Of a stretch of 64,000 bases of DNA, positions 26,501 to 39,900 are shown piece after piece. Both the position numbers and the translations under genes were made by a program. This stretch comes from Neodothiora populina. Its lineage: Eukaryota. Where the stretch lies: contig NW_027191413.1 in assembly GCF_041146345.1 (NCBI RefSeq), positions 682,001-746,000 on the forward strand, in the 5' to 3' direction. Under the pieces are notes generated by a model, which did not search any database, was not told the DNA's origin, and saw only the letters and a list, made by a program, of their open reading frames with translations. How positions within the stretch are numbered: the first letter of the stretch is position 1; every line of letters starts with the position of its first letter.

Positions 26501-27764
26501 CTGCGGCGGTCGTGCATCCGCGCTAGTGAGCATTTAGGCGATCCAGTCTTTCTGTACGATAGGTGTGAGATGCTTGTAGGACATTGACATCTTGCGACAT
26601 ATCTCTAGCGCGAAGTGCAGTGTACATTATGTACCAGGCTGGCAGAATAAGCTATTCTGGAAAGATCGTGCTACCGAGACCATGGACTTGGGGAAGCCGA
26701 CTGCAAGTCGTCGTTGAAGATGACTAGGGGGGGGGGGGAAAGGTTATCTACGCACACCGACATTAAGAAGCTCAGTCTAGTGTCGGCGAAGCAAGCCTCA
26801 AAGTGGAGAGCGATCGCAAGAAAGGTCTGCAGCACAAGGATTGTTCGTGTGTCATGTAAGACTGCTCGCTGTGCAGTAAGGCGTAGCATTACTTGTCGCA
26901 GAGTACAATGCCACTGGGGGTCACTAAGGTTGATAGAGGCGATGAAATCTCACTGCCTATCTGAGCTCGCTGCAGTCTGTAGCTTCCAGAACCACGGTAA
27001 CACTCCTGGTGTGCTTTAATATAAGGCGCGGCTAGTGACGCACTCGGGAGAGTCCTTTCAACGATCCTGGGGGACGGTGCGTCCTTGCATATGCTATTCC
27101 CACTCTTGTATTCTCCGATTATCAGCTGTTCCAAGTGTGAATGATGTAGAGGACGACCCGTGTTGCTGACCGTATTGACGATTGGGCTTATGCTCGATAA
27201 CATCCCCATGGCCCTAGGCTACTAGAGGGTATTGCACTCAAGTGCCTGCGATGCATATGATTCAGTAGTAGTAACTGTATTAGCCTTTTCAGTTCGGGTG
27301 CTCAGATCGGAGTTTTCTCACAGTCCAACGGTGCACTCTCTACTAGGTAAGGTAGGTTTCATTGACATGTTCCTTGATAGTTTTGACATCTGCAAGCCAC
27401 TCAAGTAGCCAATAAGCTCTAACCAGCGTTACATGCGCGCTACGTGCCGGACGCATCTTCTCATGCGCGCCGGTCGGCGAACTTGAGCAGGAGCCAGCCT
27501 AGAAGTCATCGGGTGTTCAGCGAAACCACAAGAGAAGCCTTGTGTCGAGTGTCCTTGTGGAGGCCCACTTCTGATGTTCTGCTCGATCCGCAGCCCTTAT
27601 GCAAAGCCGTCGTGCTTGTACGTGTTCCTCACAATTTAGAACTCGCAAACAATGACTGCCCGCGGTATGTGAATTGGTGGCTTTGCTTGATCATACATTG
27701 CTGTCAATCAAATCATAAAACCTTCGGTTGTGTTCTCTTAATCACCGTCCTAGATTCCAACGCC

Positions 27765-29235
27765 ATGGCCTCGGTGCCGCAACCATGGAATGACGAGGTA
27801 GAGATGATCTCAGGTAGAGAGTTCCACAAATTCTCTGTGCGACATGGAGTTTACCGCCTTCCTGTAGATGAGACTGTATGTGTTTTTTTTGGCGTTGCGG
27901 ATTCATAGTACCAAAGAGTCTTCACATCCTCTGCCCATTCGCTTGACTCTTGACGGTCCCAGTGTGGTAACCGCGACGGACAGAGGTCACAGCTTGTCAG
28001 CCGGAGGGTTGGTTGTAGGAAACGCTCTTTGGATGCGGTTGCCGCTGCGTACTTTTACCTGCTTCCGAGCCATGGCTGACAATGTTCCAGGAAGAGGATC
28101 GACTGGACAAGGTTCACAGCATTCTGACTTCATGGGAAGACTTTGGCGGTCTCATTCTACCGGATCCTACTGAAGTGAAACTTTCCGCTGTGCTGGATTG
28201 TGGTTGTGGCAGTGGAGCATGGGCGGATGCAATAAGCGATGAATATGCCGACGGTGAAGACATCTCTGTATTACTCACAGCAATCCAATACCTGTCAGGT
28301 TTACCTTTCGGACTCATTCTCTGCATCGAACACTTGTACAGTCGAAGCGTCGTTGCTGACAACTGCTCGCTAGGTCGTTGGGGTGGACTTGTACCCTCCG
28401 AAACAGTGCGAATACTTAGACTTCCAGCGTTGGAACCTCAATGCACCTTTCCGACTGGACCAAGGTGTGTTGTCCGAAAGATACACCTTCATAAACTCTC
28501 GATTCCTGGCCAACGGGATCGACGCAGCCAGATGGCCCAGCTACATCCAGGATATGTATGGCCGACTTCGGTCTGGAGGTTGGCTCCAAATGACCGAAGC
28601 ATACATGAATATACAATCAGACAATGGGAGAAGAGATGAGGCGCCGTCCCTAGGCAGATGGTGGCATTTGTTCAGTACCGCGTTAGAGCAACAAGGGAGA
28701 GATCCGCGGGTCGGAACCACAGTCGTACATGCGAACCAGAGGTCCTGGGCAAACCTCAAAGCCTTGATGACCCAGGCTGGTTTTGATTGTATACAAGAGC
28801 GGCACCCTCGACTACCGATAGGTGGATGGAAGCCAGGTAAGACACTTTGGTTCAGTGAGTTGGATGGACTCTCCCAATTGACTGAAAAATGTTAGGGGCG
28901 TCTCGATATATTGGTGAGAGAGTTTTCGACTTGATGCGTGGAACATTAGAGTCTCTGGGACTTTGGGCATGCTGTCGGGTCCATGGCATGTCGGCTCAGT
29001 CTTTCACAGATCTGCTGGACGAATGTGTACAGGAGATGAGCAATGCAGACCTGCATCTATACATCCAGTTGTAAGTGTTCTATCATTGGCGTGGGAACCT
29101 CGCTCTTATTGACGACCAAATAGCTATTCGGTTTGGGGCCAGAAGCCTGGTCATGGGCGGCGACAGAGTAAAAGTACACGACGATCCTCACAGGTGCTAG
29201 ATCAAACAATGCCTCCACCAAGCATAGGCAGGTGA
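27765..29235 (+). CDS. SAM-dependent methyltransferase, LaeA-like family
   Basis: YRLPVDET/EEDRLD, motif I VLDCGCGSGAWA, VVGVDLYP, LRSGGWLQMTE, LPIGGW, YSVWGQKP. Introns 27876-28090, 28268-28373, ~28837-28895, ~29070-29123. Confidence 0.85.
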
Positions 29236-32200
29236 TAGGCACGTGGGTAGACGTGCCAGCAGTGTTAGACGCCAGGCTACTACAGGTACCAGCAAGGCGA
29301 TTTCGTGCAAGGGTGTCAGTACGACTACGATCAGCAGCCTCTCTGAACGTCGAACAACCATTCTATGCTTTGTTATGCTGTAGCCATGTATGTCATTCTC
29401 TTATCACAGAGTGCATGTACGCTGATATCAGTATGGTATTGATGCAATGCTCCTTTGTAGTTGTTCTCGATGAAAACTCGGCAAGACGAATGCCTATGCC
29501 TCGCGGAAGTGTCGTAAGGTCGCTGACCGGCATTCATGGTCTGGCCTGTTCTCGAATGCTGCTGGAGTGAGCAATTGGCAGATGATGGTTTACGCAGGAC
29601 GTTCACGCCTCTCACAGCTTTACCTCACATTGTAGGCGACGCACAATGTCAGGACAGGAGATTGTAAGTCACGAAAGGAAGCTCGAGGGGAAAGAAACAT
29701 AAGAAAACCGTCATCACTTCCGAGAAACGTTCGGTCCCAAAGACGTGGGCCTCGCGGGTCACATAGGTACCTTACCTACGCCTACATCCGGAGGACTGGT
29801 TCGAGGTCTTAGCTGCACGCATCGTCTGGACTAGGGCGCCATAGAATCAAAAGGTCTAAACAGGATTTTCTGATAAGAGGGCATCTGCGAATCTTTTCCC
29901 GCTTGCAAATACACAATCTCGAGCCAGTATTGACATGTCATCGTAAGGCTTGGACACAAGTACTCACTCTAGGTTTGACAGTGGGAGACAACATCATAGC
30001 CTACATTCAGTACCTGACTCAGGAAAGGCGCATCCGCGGCTTAGCGTCCGATCCATTCACCCCGCCGTTAGATCTTCCTAGTCTTTTCACATGTGCTGCA
30101 GTCGTGGTTCATTGCGGGTACGTCAACATCCGGCAAACCTTAAGTGGATAGGCTCACTGCAATGAATGGCAAGGTACAGTACTGCAAGGACACGGCAAAC
30201 ACGATACAGGCTATTACTCTGCAGGAACGCATTCCGTGGATCCGAGGGAAATGTGATTGGCTAGCATCTGCTCCAAGGATACAGTATGTCATATCGGATA
30301 GGAAATGAAGGAAATCACAAAGACAATACACCCAGTCCCAACGTATATACTTGTCCCCTAAGGTATCTATCAACTCCGCGTATCAAGGCCTTAATGATAC
30401 CGTACTTCCTACCCGGGATCTAGGGCAGGGTGAAGGAGCTTTGATCACTGAGGTATGCATACTGATTAGGCGCATCATCATGAAAGCAGGCAAACAACTT
30501 AGCGTTCTACCTAATCCATGTCAGTTTGATACGTTGTTCACACCTCGCAATGCCGTTGGAACAAGAGCCAATCTGTAAATCATGTGCTCACGACCCTCAT
30601 GTATAGGTAGGATACGGTATTGGTGGACCTCACTTTGGGCAGCTTCTCGTGAAAATGTTGAAGATGGAACTTTTGACAACGGGGGAGCGGCATTACACGT
30701 CTCTTTTTAACGTGGACGTTTTGGCACGGCAAGAGATACGGCCGAGATGGTCGAAGAAGACACCTAATTGTGTGCACACATGTGCTGAGTAATAGCCGTC
30801 AGCACTTTTCAAGCACTTACTATGCATACTGTAGGTTGAAACAGCCAAGGCAGGGATCTCACATACGAGGAAGCTAGAAAGTATGTATATGGAATATCAT
30901 AAGATCATATGTCGCATATGGGAAGCGAGGAATCAGCGTATCATCACAGCTCCGCAATACATACAGTGTGCGACAAGCCTAGATGATCTAGATGATCATG
31001 TATGAGATAATGCATGATCCATCTGAAAATATCTGGTTGGTTAACAACAGAATGCCCAGCAATTAGGCAGGAAGCTCGAACGTGGGCCGCACTACACAAC
31101 AGAGCAACCAATCGATCGAACGTGAATCTAGATTCGAATCATAAAGCATGGTACTTGTGTCTTACTAGGTTATTGGCGAGGGTTTAGATTGTTCAACCTC
31201 GAAGACGTTTCAGGTTTGATGACGTTAGTATTGTATGGGACGTTCCCAGTCTTTTTGATCTGGCAATAAACAGCGTCAACACCAACATCGTCCTTAGCCA
31301 TTGACTCGACATTTAGCTCTACACAGCCATGTCGTGGAAAGTCAACATAGATATCGTAGGTAAGGCACTGAGCGAGATGCGGTTTGATGACCATGTCATA
31401 GCCGTCATCAGGATGAATAAGGTGAAACGAACTGGATCATCCCGTGCTCTGAGCAGGGCTTCGCACAAGTCATGCATTGCGTCCGCATCTCGCTTACATG
31501 TGTCATGCAAGCCTTGATTCGAATTTCGGAGCATCGGAGTTGTTGTGCCCTGAGCCCATGATTTCACTCATGTGATGGCGAAGGCAAGGTAAAGAGGTGA
31601 GGGCGAGGTGTATTGTAAATGCTGGATGGTCCCTCCCGCTATTGTTACGTATGTAATTTTCGACGAGAACGAGGACCTCATCCTTGCAAAAACCAGCATC
31701 AAGGAGATTTATATGCCGTGAAAACAGGCTTGTTGATTCAGCACAAGGGATGTGCGCAGTCAAGTGAAAGAAGTACCTTGCTGTACCGCGTCCCGTGAAC
31801 CCAAATTGATTGGATTGATTGGTCGAGTGAACCGTCTATCGCCCAATCTACGGCATCGCAAAGAACGCGACTACTCGAGCCGAGATACCTTAATTACGGC
31901 TCAATAGTCTGTAAGGTATTTCCTGGATTTACAGACCTGCGCGCTTCGCTGTTGATCGTGAACACCACCGGAACGGCTTATTTCTGCGCAGCTGTCCTCA
32001 TAACAGTCAAAGGTCGAGGTGCAAGCTTTGCGCTCTTCCCTCTATCCCGGTCTTGACATCGCGTTGTTCACGCTGCGTCTCCAATAAAGTGAAGTGGAAC
32101 CACATAGCGTACTGCAGCAGCAGCGGTAAAGCAAAGGGCGGTCAAGACTACATTAGTGGCAGAATCAACCACCTGCTCAAGTTTCCATGGTAGTGCGAGT

Positions 32201-32343
32201 ATACCCAACTTTCTTCACGACGTCCGGGAGACAATCAAGCAATCCCACACCGCACTGCAATTTGCCGCACACGACGTCCCGAGCTTGAAGACGCCGCAAA
32301 GTCTTGTCCAGACACGCCTTCGAAGCGTGCCCTTCGCGCGCAC

Positions 32344-33758
32344 ATGTGGCTCACTCGTTTGATTTCTTCGGTGCTCTACCTGTTCGCCATCATCTTCACC
32401 ATTCCCCTGGCCTTTGATGTCGGCGGCCGCACCTGTGGTCTTGCCTTCTCTCTAGCACTCAGTTGCTTCTACTTTTTCTATTCTGCCCTTCAGCTGTCAA
32501 CGCCGCATGATTCGAGATTCCGCTGGGTTCTAGGCAAGATCATAGCTGCCTCGCAGTGGATCATCATCCCCACTCTGTTGATCTGGAGTCTCAACAAGTT
32601 CTCTGTCGATTCGGACAACAGCTCTGGGTGGGTGGAAAAGACGTTGGGTGGGGAGAGAGCAGAGTCTCAATCCGTCAGGGAATGGTTCTTTGGCAAGGAA
32701 GGAATCGTGGAAAACATCACAATAGGTGGATGGGATAAATTGCTGCGATGGTCTACTCCAGTCTTTCAACTCAGCGAGGGCTTCTGCAGTCTACTGGTCA
32801 TCCAGGCGGCAGGCCAGATTACTCGCTACTTGGTGAATGGAGAGGGAGGAGATGGCTGGATGGTCAGTAGCACGATCCCCTGACGTCCTCCGGCAGGCAC
32901 TGACAATACATCCTAGATCGGACTCTTGATCACCTCCGCCTCGATCATCTCTACCTCGGTGTACTTCTTGTGGAGAATCACGACCTTTCCGGAAATTGGC
33001 AACATTGATGCTGTGCTCATCGGAATTGCCATCACCTGTGCTTTCTTCCTCTGCGCTTGGGGTATCGGCAGCGGTAGAGGCAATCCAGTGGAAAGCTCTC
33101 TTCTGGCAAGTAGAACAATGGCGCGAACCTGGTGATTCTTGCTGACTTTTCACAGTTTGCGTATATGACGCTCTGCATCTACCAAATCTTCACGGACTAC
33201 CAGCCATCGCATCCTGTGGAGAGCACAATGCCCCTGGAGCCAGACTTCCCCCCACTACCACCAATAATCATGGCCTCGTATTCGACCCTCATGCATGCCC
33301 TATCCACGCTCCCCTCGACCATACATTCCGCCTTCAGCTTCCTGGTCGCAGCGATCATGACCATAACGCCATCCGTCATCATCTCGCTTGCCTACAGGCT
33401 TTTTGTCATGTACGCCTCGGCGCGCATCATTCCAGCTGTAAGAGATTCTGGCGCACGCGCCCTCTCTCAGGAGCCATCTCTGGACGACAATGATGGCGTC
33501 GGCCAGGTACTTGGTTTTCTCAGCTACTTCAGCCCTAGTATCCTGATTGCTGTCTACACGAGCCTCTTGATGCAGCATTTCGCTTCAGCCTCGACTGACC
33601 ATACAGGAGAATGGTGGACGAGCCAGGGCGGCGATGCAGGCAGTAGCGTGTGGCGATGGGCGAATCTCGCTGGGACTTTAGTGCTGTACGCGGTCGAGCT
33701 GTACCTCGGCAAGGGGCATGACGACAGCAGCCTCACAAGCCACTGGAAGGTCGATTGA
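32344..33758 (+). CDS. ice2: ER membrane protein Ice2
   Basis: Multi-TM protein with IPLAFDVGGRTCGLAFSL, LSEGFCSLLVIQAAGQ, RGNPVESSLL/FAY, ILIAVYTSLLMQH. Introns 32863-32916 (GT-AG) and 33106-33155 (GC-AG). Confidence 0.9.
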
Positions 33759-34709
33759 ACAGCCACGGCCATTCTCAACCGTTACGAAAGCACACGAGCG
33801 CTGCTCACATTCGCAATAGCTAGACGAGTCCAGAGGACACGTCAAAAACGCGCCGCACCCAAAACCTTCCAGATCACACGCCATTTTGCATACCACCGCG
33901 ATCGTATGGCCAGCGCCAACTTGGGGTTGAAATGCCTGATCGGTGCCTTTATCATAATGAGGCCTTGTGTTGCATGAGACCAAATTCCCAAGCCACCTTG
34001 CTTAGCAACATGCCGAGTCAAGTGCAGGGAGCCCCCAGGACGCGGCCGAGCACTGTGAACTGGGATTATACACAGGGATAACAAGCGGCACAACATATAC
34101 GAAGCTACTGTACCTTAGCTTATTATTCGTCACGTTCTCGTGGCGAAGCATGAATCAGATTTGTGCATTTTAGCATAGCATGGGGATCGTAGTACATATA
34201 TATAATCATATATTCAATAGCGGACTCGAAAGATGCATCAAGATGAATGCTTCATGATTCTTGTCCTGCAAGATAAGCGAGGCGCTCAATCCTTCAATCT
34301 CACGCTTATCTCCGCAGTATCTCGTGGGCTAAGATGGGATCTTACTTCACTTCAGGTGTTTTCATGAGGTAAGTGGTTGTGCGTCAAACTCAAGCGTGTC
34401 ACAGAAGTGTCATGGCGATCTCCCGCTTCCCGAATGAGGTACCAGAGACATGGGGAACGTGTCAGCCTCCTGACGTCACCAACGATCATACTGAAGGTAT
34501 GAGGTATGGTGCCCACACGTGTAAGGAGCTCGAGGTATGAACGATGAGTGATCAGAGTTGTCAACAGGCTAGTCTTGAAAGTATACAGTAGCCAGGACAT
34601 GTTAGAGCAAACCTCTGCTCACCAAAACCAATACCAGTCTTCACTTCATCGTCCACTTCGCAAACCTCGTTGTATACCTCAAATACTTAGGTTTCAATTC
34701 ACGTAAACA

Positions 34710-35866
34710 ATGGCAGAGACACAACATTTCCACGCCGACAAGCTGTTCGAAGTCAAGGGATGGGTCTGCGTAGTCACTGGAGGTGGCACGGGCATCGGAT
34801 TAATGGCAACTCAGGCACTCGCGGCCAACGGTTTGTCATGCCTATTGGAGATGCGTCCAAGCACAACGGCTAAGGTATCTTTCAGGTGCAAAGGTGTACA
34901 TTCTGGGTAGAAGTGGGTTCCGTCCCTCATCATCAATTCTCTGTGCATCGCTGATGTGGTATAGGAACGGAGGTGCTAGAGAACGCAAAGGAGAGCCACG
35001 ATCCCTCCGGAGGATCGATCATTCCGTAGGCACATGTGCCTTAGTCCCTTGCCAACATGTGGTGCTTATCATTTCCCACAGTATCGGATCTGTCGACGTG
35101 ACCAACAAAGATGACCTTGAGAAAGCCGTCAAAGAGATCGAGAAGAAGGAGAAGTACATCAACCTACTGAGTATGTCACCAACCGAACTTCTAGATGCTA
35201 TCCATCGCTTACCAGTCCTTTTCGCGCAGTATGCAACGCGGGAGTCCCAGGCCCCAAGGCGCCCCCAGAGCACATTGATGCTAAAGATATGAAAAAGAAG
35301 CTTTGGGAAGGAGAGTCGGTTCAAGAGTGGGACGAGACCTACCGCACAGATGTGACTGCTGTCTACTTCACTACTGTGGCTTTCCTGCCTCTCCTCCAGG
35401 CGGGTGTGGAACCGAACGGACCCAACAGCCCGAACCAACCCTCCGTCATCACCATCTCCTCTATGTCCGGTATGATGCGCCACGCTCAAGGACACTTTGC
35501 ATACAACGCCGCCAAGGGAGCGACTGTTCACTTGACCAAGCTCATGTCTTCTGAGTTCGCCAAGTGCTCCATCAGAGTCAACAGTATCGCACCGGGCTAC
35601 TTCCCGAGCGAGATGACAACCAAGGACTCGGACGACAAAAACAAGAGCGATCTTCCGGCGCAGCAGGTCGCCGACAAAGGCCACGTTCCCGCGATGCGTG
35701 GAGGAAAGGAAGAAGAGATGGGTATGGCAGTGGTAAGTAATCAGTTCGAAGTATTGTGTGCAGAGGAAATGCTGACTCCGCAAAGTTGTTCCTGGCAAAG
35801 AACGAATATGTCAATGGACAAATATTGGCTATCGATGGCGGAGTGCTCAACACCATCGCTTCTTAA
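34710..35866 (+). CDS. Short-chain dehydrogenase/reductase (classical SDR), 6 exons
   Basis: VVTGGGTGIG, AKVYILGRR (basic residues suggest NADP(H)), CNAG, ISSMSG, catalytic YNAAK, RVNSIAPGYFPS, VNGQILAIDGG. Five GT-AG introns. Confidence 0.9.
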
Positions 35867-36915
35867 GGCGATGTTTGGAGTGGGAGATATGTGCTATATG
35901 CACTGCACAGCTGCTCCGAAAGACCCTCGGCCTCCAAGCAACGCCGGTCGGTTCACGTTAGTCATGAAAGTGGGGCATTGTTTACCAAGGATATAGTACA
36001 TGTGCTGCTGTACATAGTTATAGCAACAACACACCTTGAGAGAAGCATCTCACCAAGACCTGAATATACGATAAGCTCATTTATTTGTGACTTGACGGGT
36101 AGTATCCCGCTTGGCGGATGATCCTGCGAAGGATTCCCGCAACCCATGTTTTGTATTTGTATAGGGCGGATCGTCTGCTAGGACCACGGCTTTATCTACC
36201 ATGAAACAATGTACGTATCTCTCAAAACAGGGCAGTGCGCGTGTTCTTAGCGGATGCGCAAACAGTAAATTGATTGCAAGTGTCGCGTGAAGCAACGGGC
36301 AGGACGATCCGCGAGCGATGTCTCTCCCACCCAGTGTGCAGTGTATTTTTACCTACAAGTCGATGTTATATAATAATGCCTGAACGGCTCGCGCGCGCGG
36401 ACCTCACTGCATGACCTCCGTTTCTCGCGACCAACATTCCAGCGAGCGGACCAGCGCCGCAGTACGACGACTCCCTCGATGATTCACACTGATTTTAATA
36501 TCCAGCACAAGGCACAGACTCCGAGACGATCAAAGAGGTCGCAAAGTGCAGGCGACTCCCACGTCACCAGCTGACTCTCTGGTGTTTTGGGTGCGAACGC
36601 TTGCGATCATCAACAACAAGCGCAGGTATAACAGTAACAGTCAGGCAAGACTCTGGGAACGTCCGCTGGCGGGCATGAGGCCTCACACGCCTATACCATA
36701 ATTTACGCAACTGTCGAGATTAATCACAGCATATTGGTTGTTCTTTTATTCCCTTACCGCATAGTAAAATCTTCTTGGTTGTATTGTTGTCGTCACACAG
36801 ACACTTTCGTCAACAGAAAGATCAACCCAGAGATATCGCCCGGGCCTCCACCGGTCAAGGTAGCGCAGTGGACGATTAACAGTATCCGAGACGTGCAATC
36901 TTTATCGCCATCGCC

Positions 36916-39900
36916 ATGCCCGCGTCCTCGTCAGCTCGCCCTTCGTCGTCGTCTGCTGTCGCTGCGGAGAAATTGTCCAGCTCATATAACAGCAGTGGCA
37001 GCGAACTCTCAACATATTTAAGCGCCGAAAGTGGAGTATCGAAGCAACGACGGTCAAATTCCACCCACCAAGGAGGAGGCCAGCAATCGCAATATATCAG
37101 ACCGGATTCTTCTTCCCTGGCGACGCAGAAACCACAGCAAAATGCTGTCCAAAATCCCATCAAGGCTAGAGAAATCCCGCGCGAGAAACCTCCGAGTAAA
37201 GATGGCACCGCTCAGAGGGCCGCTGGTGAAGTCGCCGGACTGAAGGACTACGTAAGTGCTTTCTTTGTCTGAGTGATGCCCAATGTTGGGCAGTAGAGCG
37301 TCGAAGCCACGTCAATGCCAGCATCTTTGAGACAAGAGTCGGGTGATTGAGACACTAGGGAAGGGACTTTGGGAGGCAAGAAAGAAGCTGAGACACCATG
37401 GTCAGACTTTTGAATACAATGAACGAGGAAACATGAGAAGGGACGTGTATCTCGAGTGCCACCGAGGAAGATATGAGATATGGAAACAAAAGACTGAGCT
37501 CGCGACCGACTGGCTTTCATCACTCGACCGACTGCGCCTTGCCTGTGTTTTCTGCCATTGTCGTCTTCACTTTGTTGACGTCGCTGTTGTATGCAACGAG
37601 TGACTGACTATTCGATAGCAATTAGGCGACTGCCTGGGCAAAGGCGCCTTCGGGAGCGTCTATCGTGCTCTCAATTGGGGTACTGGCGAGACCGTCGCAA
37701 TCAAGCAAGTGAGGCTTGTCGATCTGCCTAAAGGCGAGATCCGAGTCATTATGGTAACTCTCAGTTCGAATCCCCAAATTGATAGCGCATGCAATGTTGA
37801 CGCCTCAACAGATGGAAATCGACCTGTTAAAGAATCTCAACGTAGGCAGACATTGAACTCCCTGGGCTCTCTTCATTCTGACCACACTTAGCATCCCAAC
37901 ATCGTCAAATACCACGGCTTCGTCAAATCAACCGAGTCATTATACATCATCCTCGAGTAGGTTCTCGTCAATCTTCTCCGCCGTTTGAATGTCTTGACTA
38001 ATCCCTCAGATACTGTGAAAACGGATCATTACACTCGATATGCAAGAACTTCGGCAAATTCCCCGAAAATCTTGTCGCACTTTACATGGCCCAGGTATTG
38101 AATGGTCTCTTATATCTTCACGAACAAGGTGTCATCCATCGTGACATCAAGGGTGCCAACATCCTCACCACCAAGGAGGGTCTAGTGAAGCTTGCCGATT
38201 TCGGTGTTGCGACCAGAAAGGACAACGGCCTTCACGAGAGTAGCGTCGTGGGCACACCATATTGGATGGCCCCTGAGGTCATCGAGCTCTCTGGCGCGAC
38301 GACAGCTTCTGATATCTGGAGTTTGGGCTGCACAGTGATTGAGCTATTAGACGGCAAGCCACCTTATCATAAGCTTCAACCTATGCCTGCACTATTCCGC
38401 ATTGTGAACGACGACCACCCACCTTTACCGGAAGGAGCTTCTCCCGCCGTTCGCGATTTCCTGATGCAATGCTTCCAAAAAGACCCTAACCTCAGAGTTT
38501 CGGCTCGGAAGCTACTCAAACATCCATGGATCCTGAGCGCAAAGCGATCAGACCAAGTCATAGCTAAAACTACCAAGTATGATGAAGCCGTGAAGAGTGT
38601 TCAGGAATGGAACGAAGCCCTCAAATCGCCCAACAACGGGTCATTACGGCATGCTTCTCGAGCCATGTCTATGAGTCCGGCGCCCTCTAGAACAGACGCA
38701 TCGCATATGAAGACCCCTGCGCCACCAAAAGATGCTCTGAATATTGCAAAACGTGACAACACGAAGCTCTATCAATCGCCAGAGAGCGACACCAAAGATA
38801 ACTGGGACGATGACTTCGCCACTTCAATTGGCATGAAGGACCTGCATCTCCCTCATCTTAAGCCCCACGATAATTTTGGTGGGATGTTGTCATCCGACAA
38901 ATTGAAAGCATTCGCAACCTTCGACCCTGTCACTGAAGAGGAAAATTGGGACGATAACTTCGAGGGCGATCTTACGGTGAGGAGTCCTATGGAGCTCACA
39001 TCTGGCGACCCCCTTCAAACAGTCAGACCATGGTATCCAGCTCGAGCGAAGACTTCCGATATTCTGCACAACCCGCCTACAGTCTCGCCCCCGCCATCGG
39101 TTCCAAAACAGCAACCACGGACAAGTTCCAAGGAGTCGAGTCAGAAGACGCAAATGCTCAGACCTGCGCAGACGCCAGTGCAACAGGGAGCCAACGTTCG
39201 GCGCCCCTCGATTCTATACCGAGAGAAGTCAATCGAGGACTACTCCGATCTCGCACCCCAGGATGATCTGGCTTTCCAAAGGAAACTTGCACTCATGCAG
39301 ACCCACAAAGAGAATAACAGATACGAGCCTAAACTTTTCCACCCCAATGATCTTCGGGATGTACCGCGCCCGGTCTCCAAAGCTGGAAGTATTCGTCGTA
39401 CTTCACCACAAATACACGACGCCGCTGCGATGCGTCGGACGCGATCCGAGGTTGAGATCCAGAAGTATGCCGAAGACCCGGAAGATGAAGACTTTTCAGA
39501 TGTGTTTGGTAAAGACGAACAATCTGCAAGATTCACAAAACCGGAAAGCGAAAGCGGATCCGAAAGAGGCACACCCATGATGCTCAATTCCAAGTTGTCT
39601 ACGAATTCCTGGCTCGGAGACGAGGAAGACGAAGATGATCCTTTCGCTCAACTCGAGGAAGGCTTTGATGAAATGGACTTGGAGACGAACATTGCTCGTG
39701 ATAAGCATGCCAGGGTTGTCACTCTCGTGGAAGGGTTAGTCGGCTCACTAAAGCTCTCGCAACCAGAAGACGTACTTGAGGAAATTGTCGCCCAGCTCAT
39801 GCAGGTACTGTACGAAGTGCCGGAGATCAAGTCAGTCGTCATATCCTCCCACGGTATGCTCCCCATATTGGAGATACTGGAGACATGTAACAGACCGCAC

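Noticed and set aside
23588..27764. Transposon remnant or gene in the 4-kb gene-free interval
   Set aside because: No TIR/LTR pair, transposase or RT motif, or convincing ORF found; not AT-rich enough to call RIP-decayed.
27765..35866. Secondary-metabolite cluster (LaeA-like methyltransferase plus SDR)
   Set aside because: No PKS, NRPS, terpene synthase or cluster regulator; the genes are separated by housekeeping ice2.
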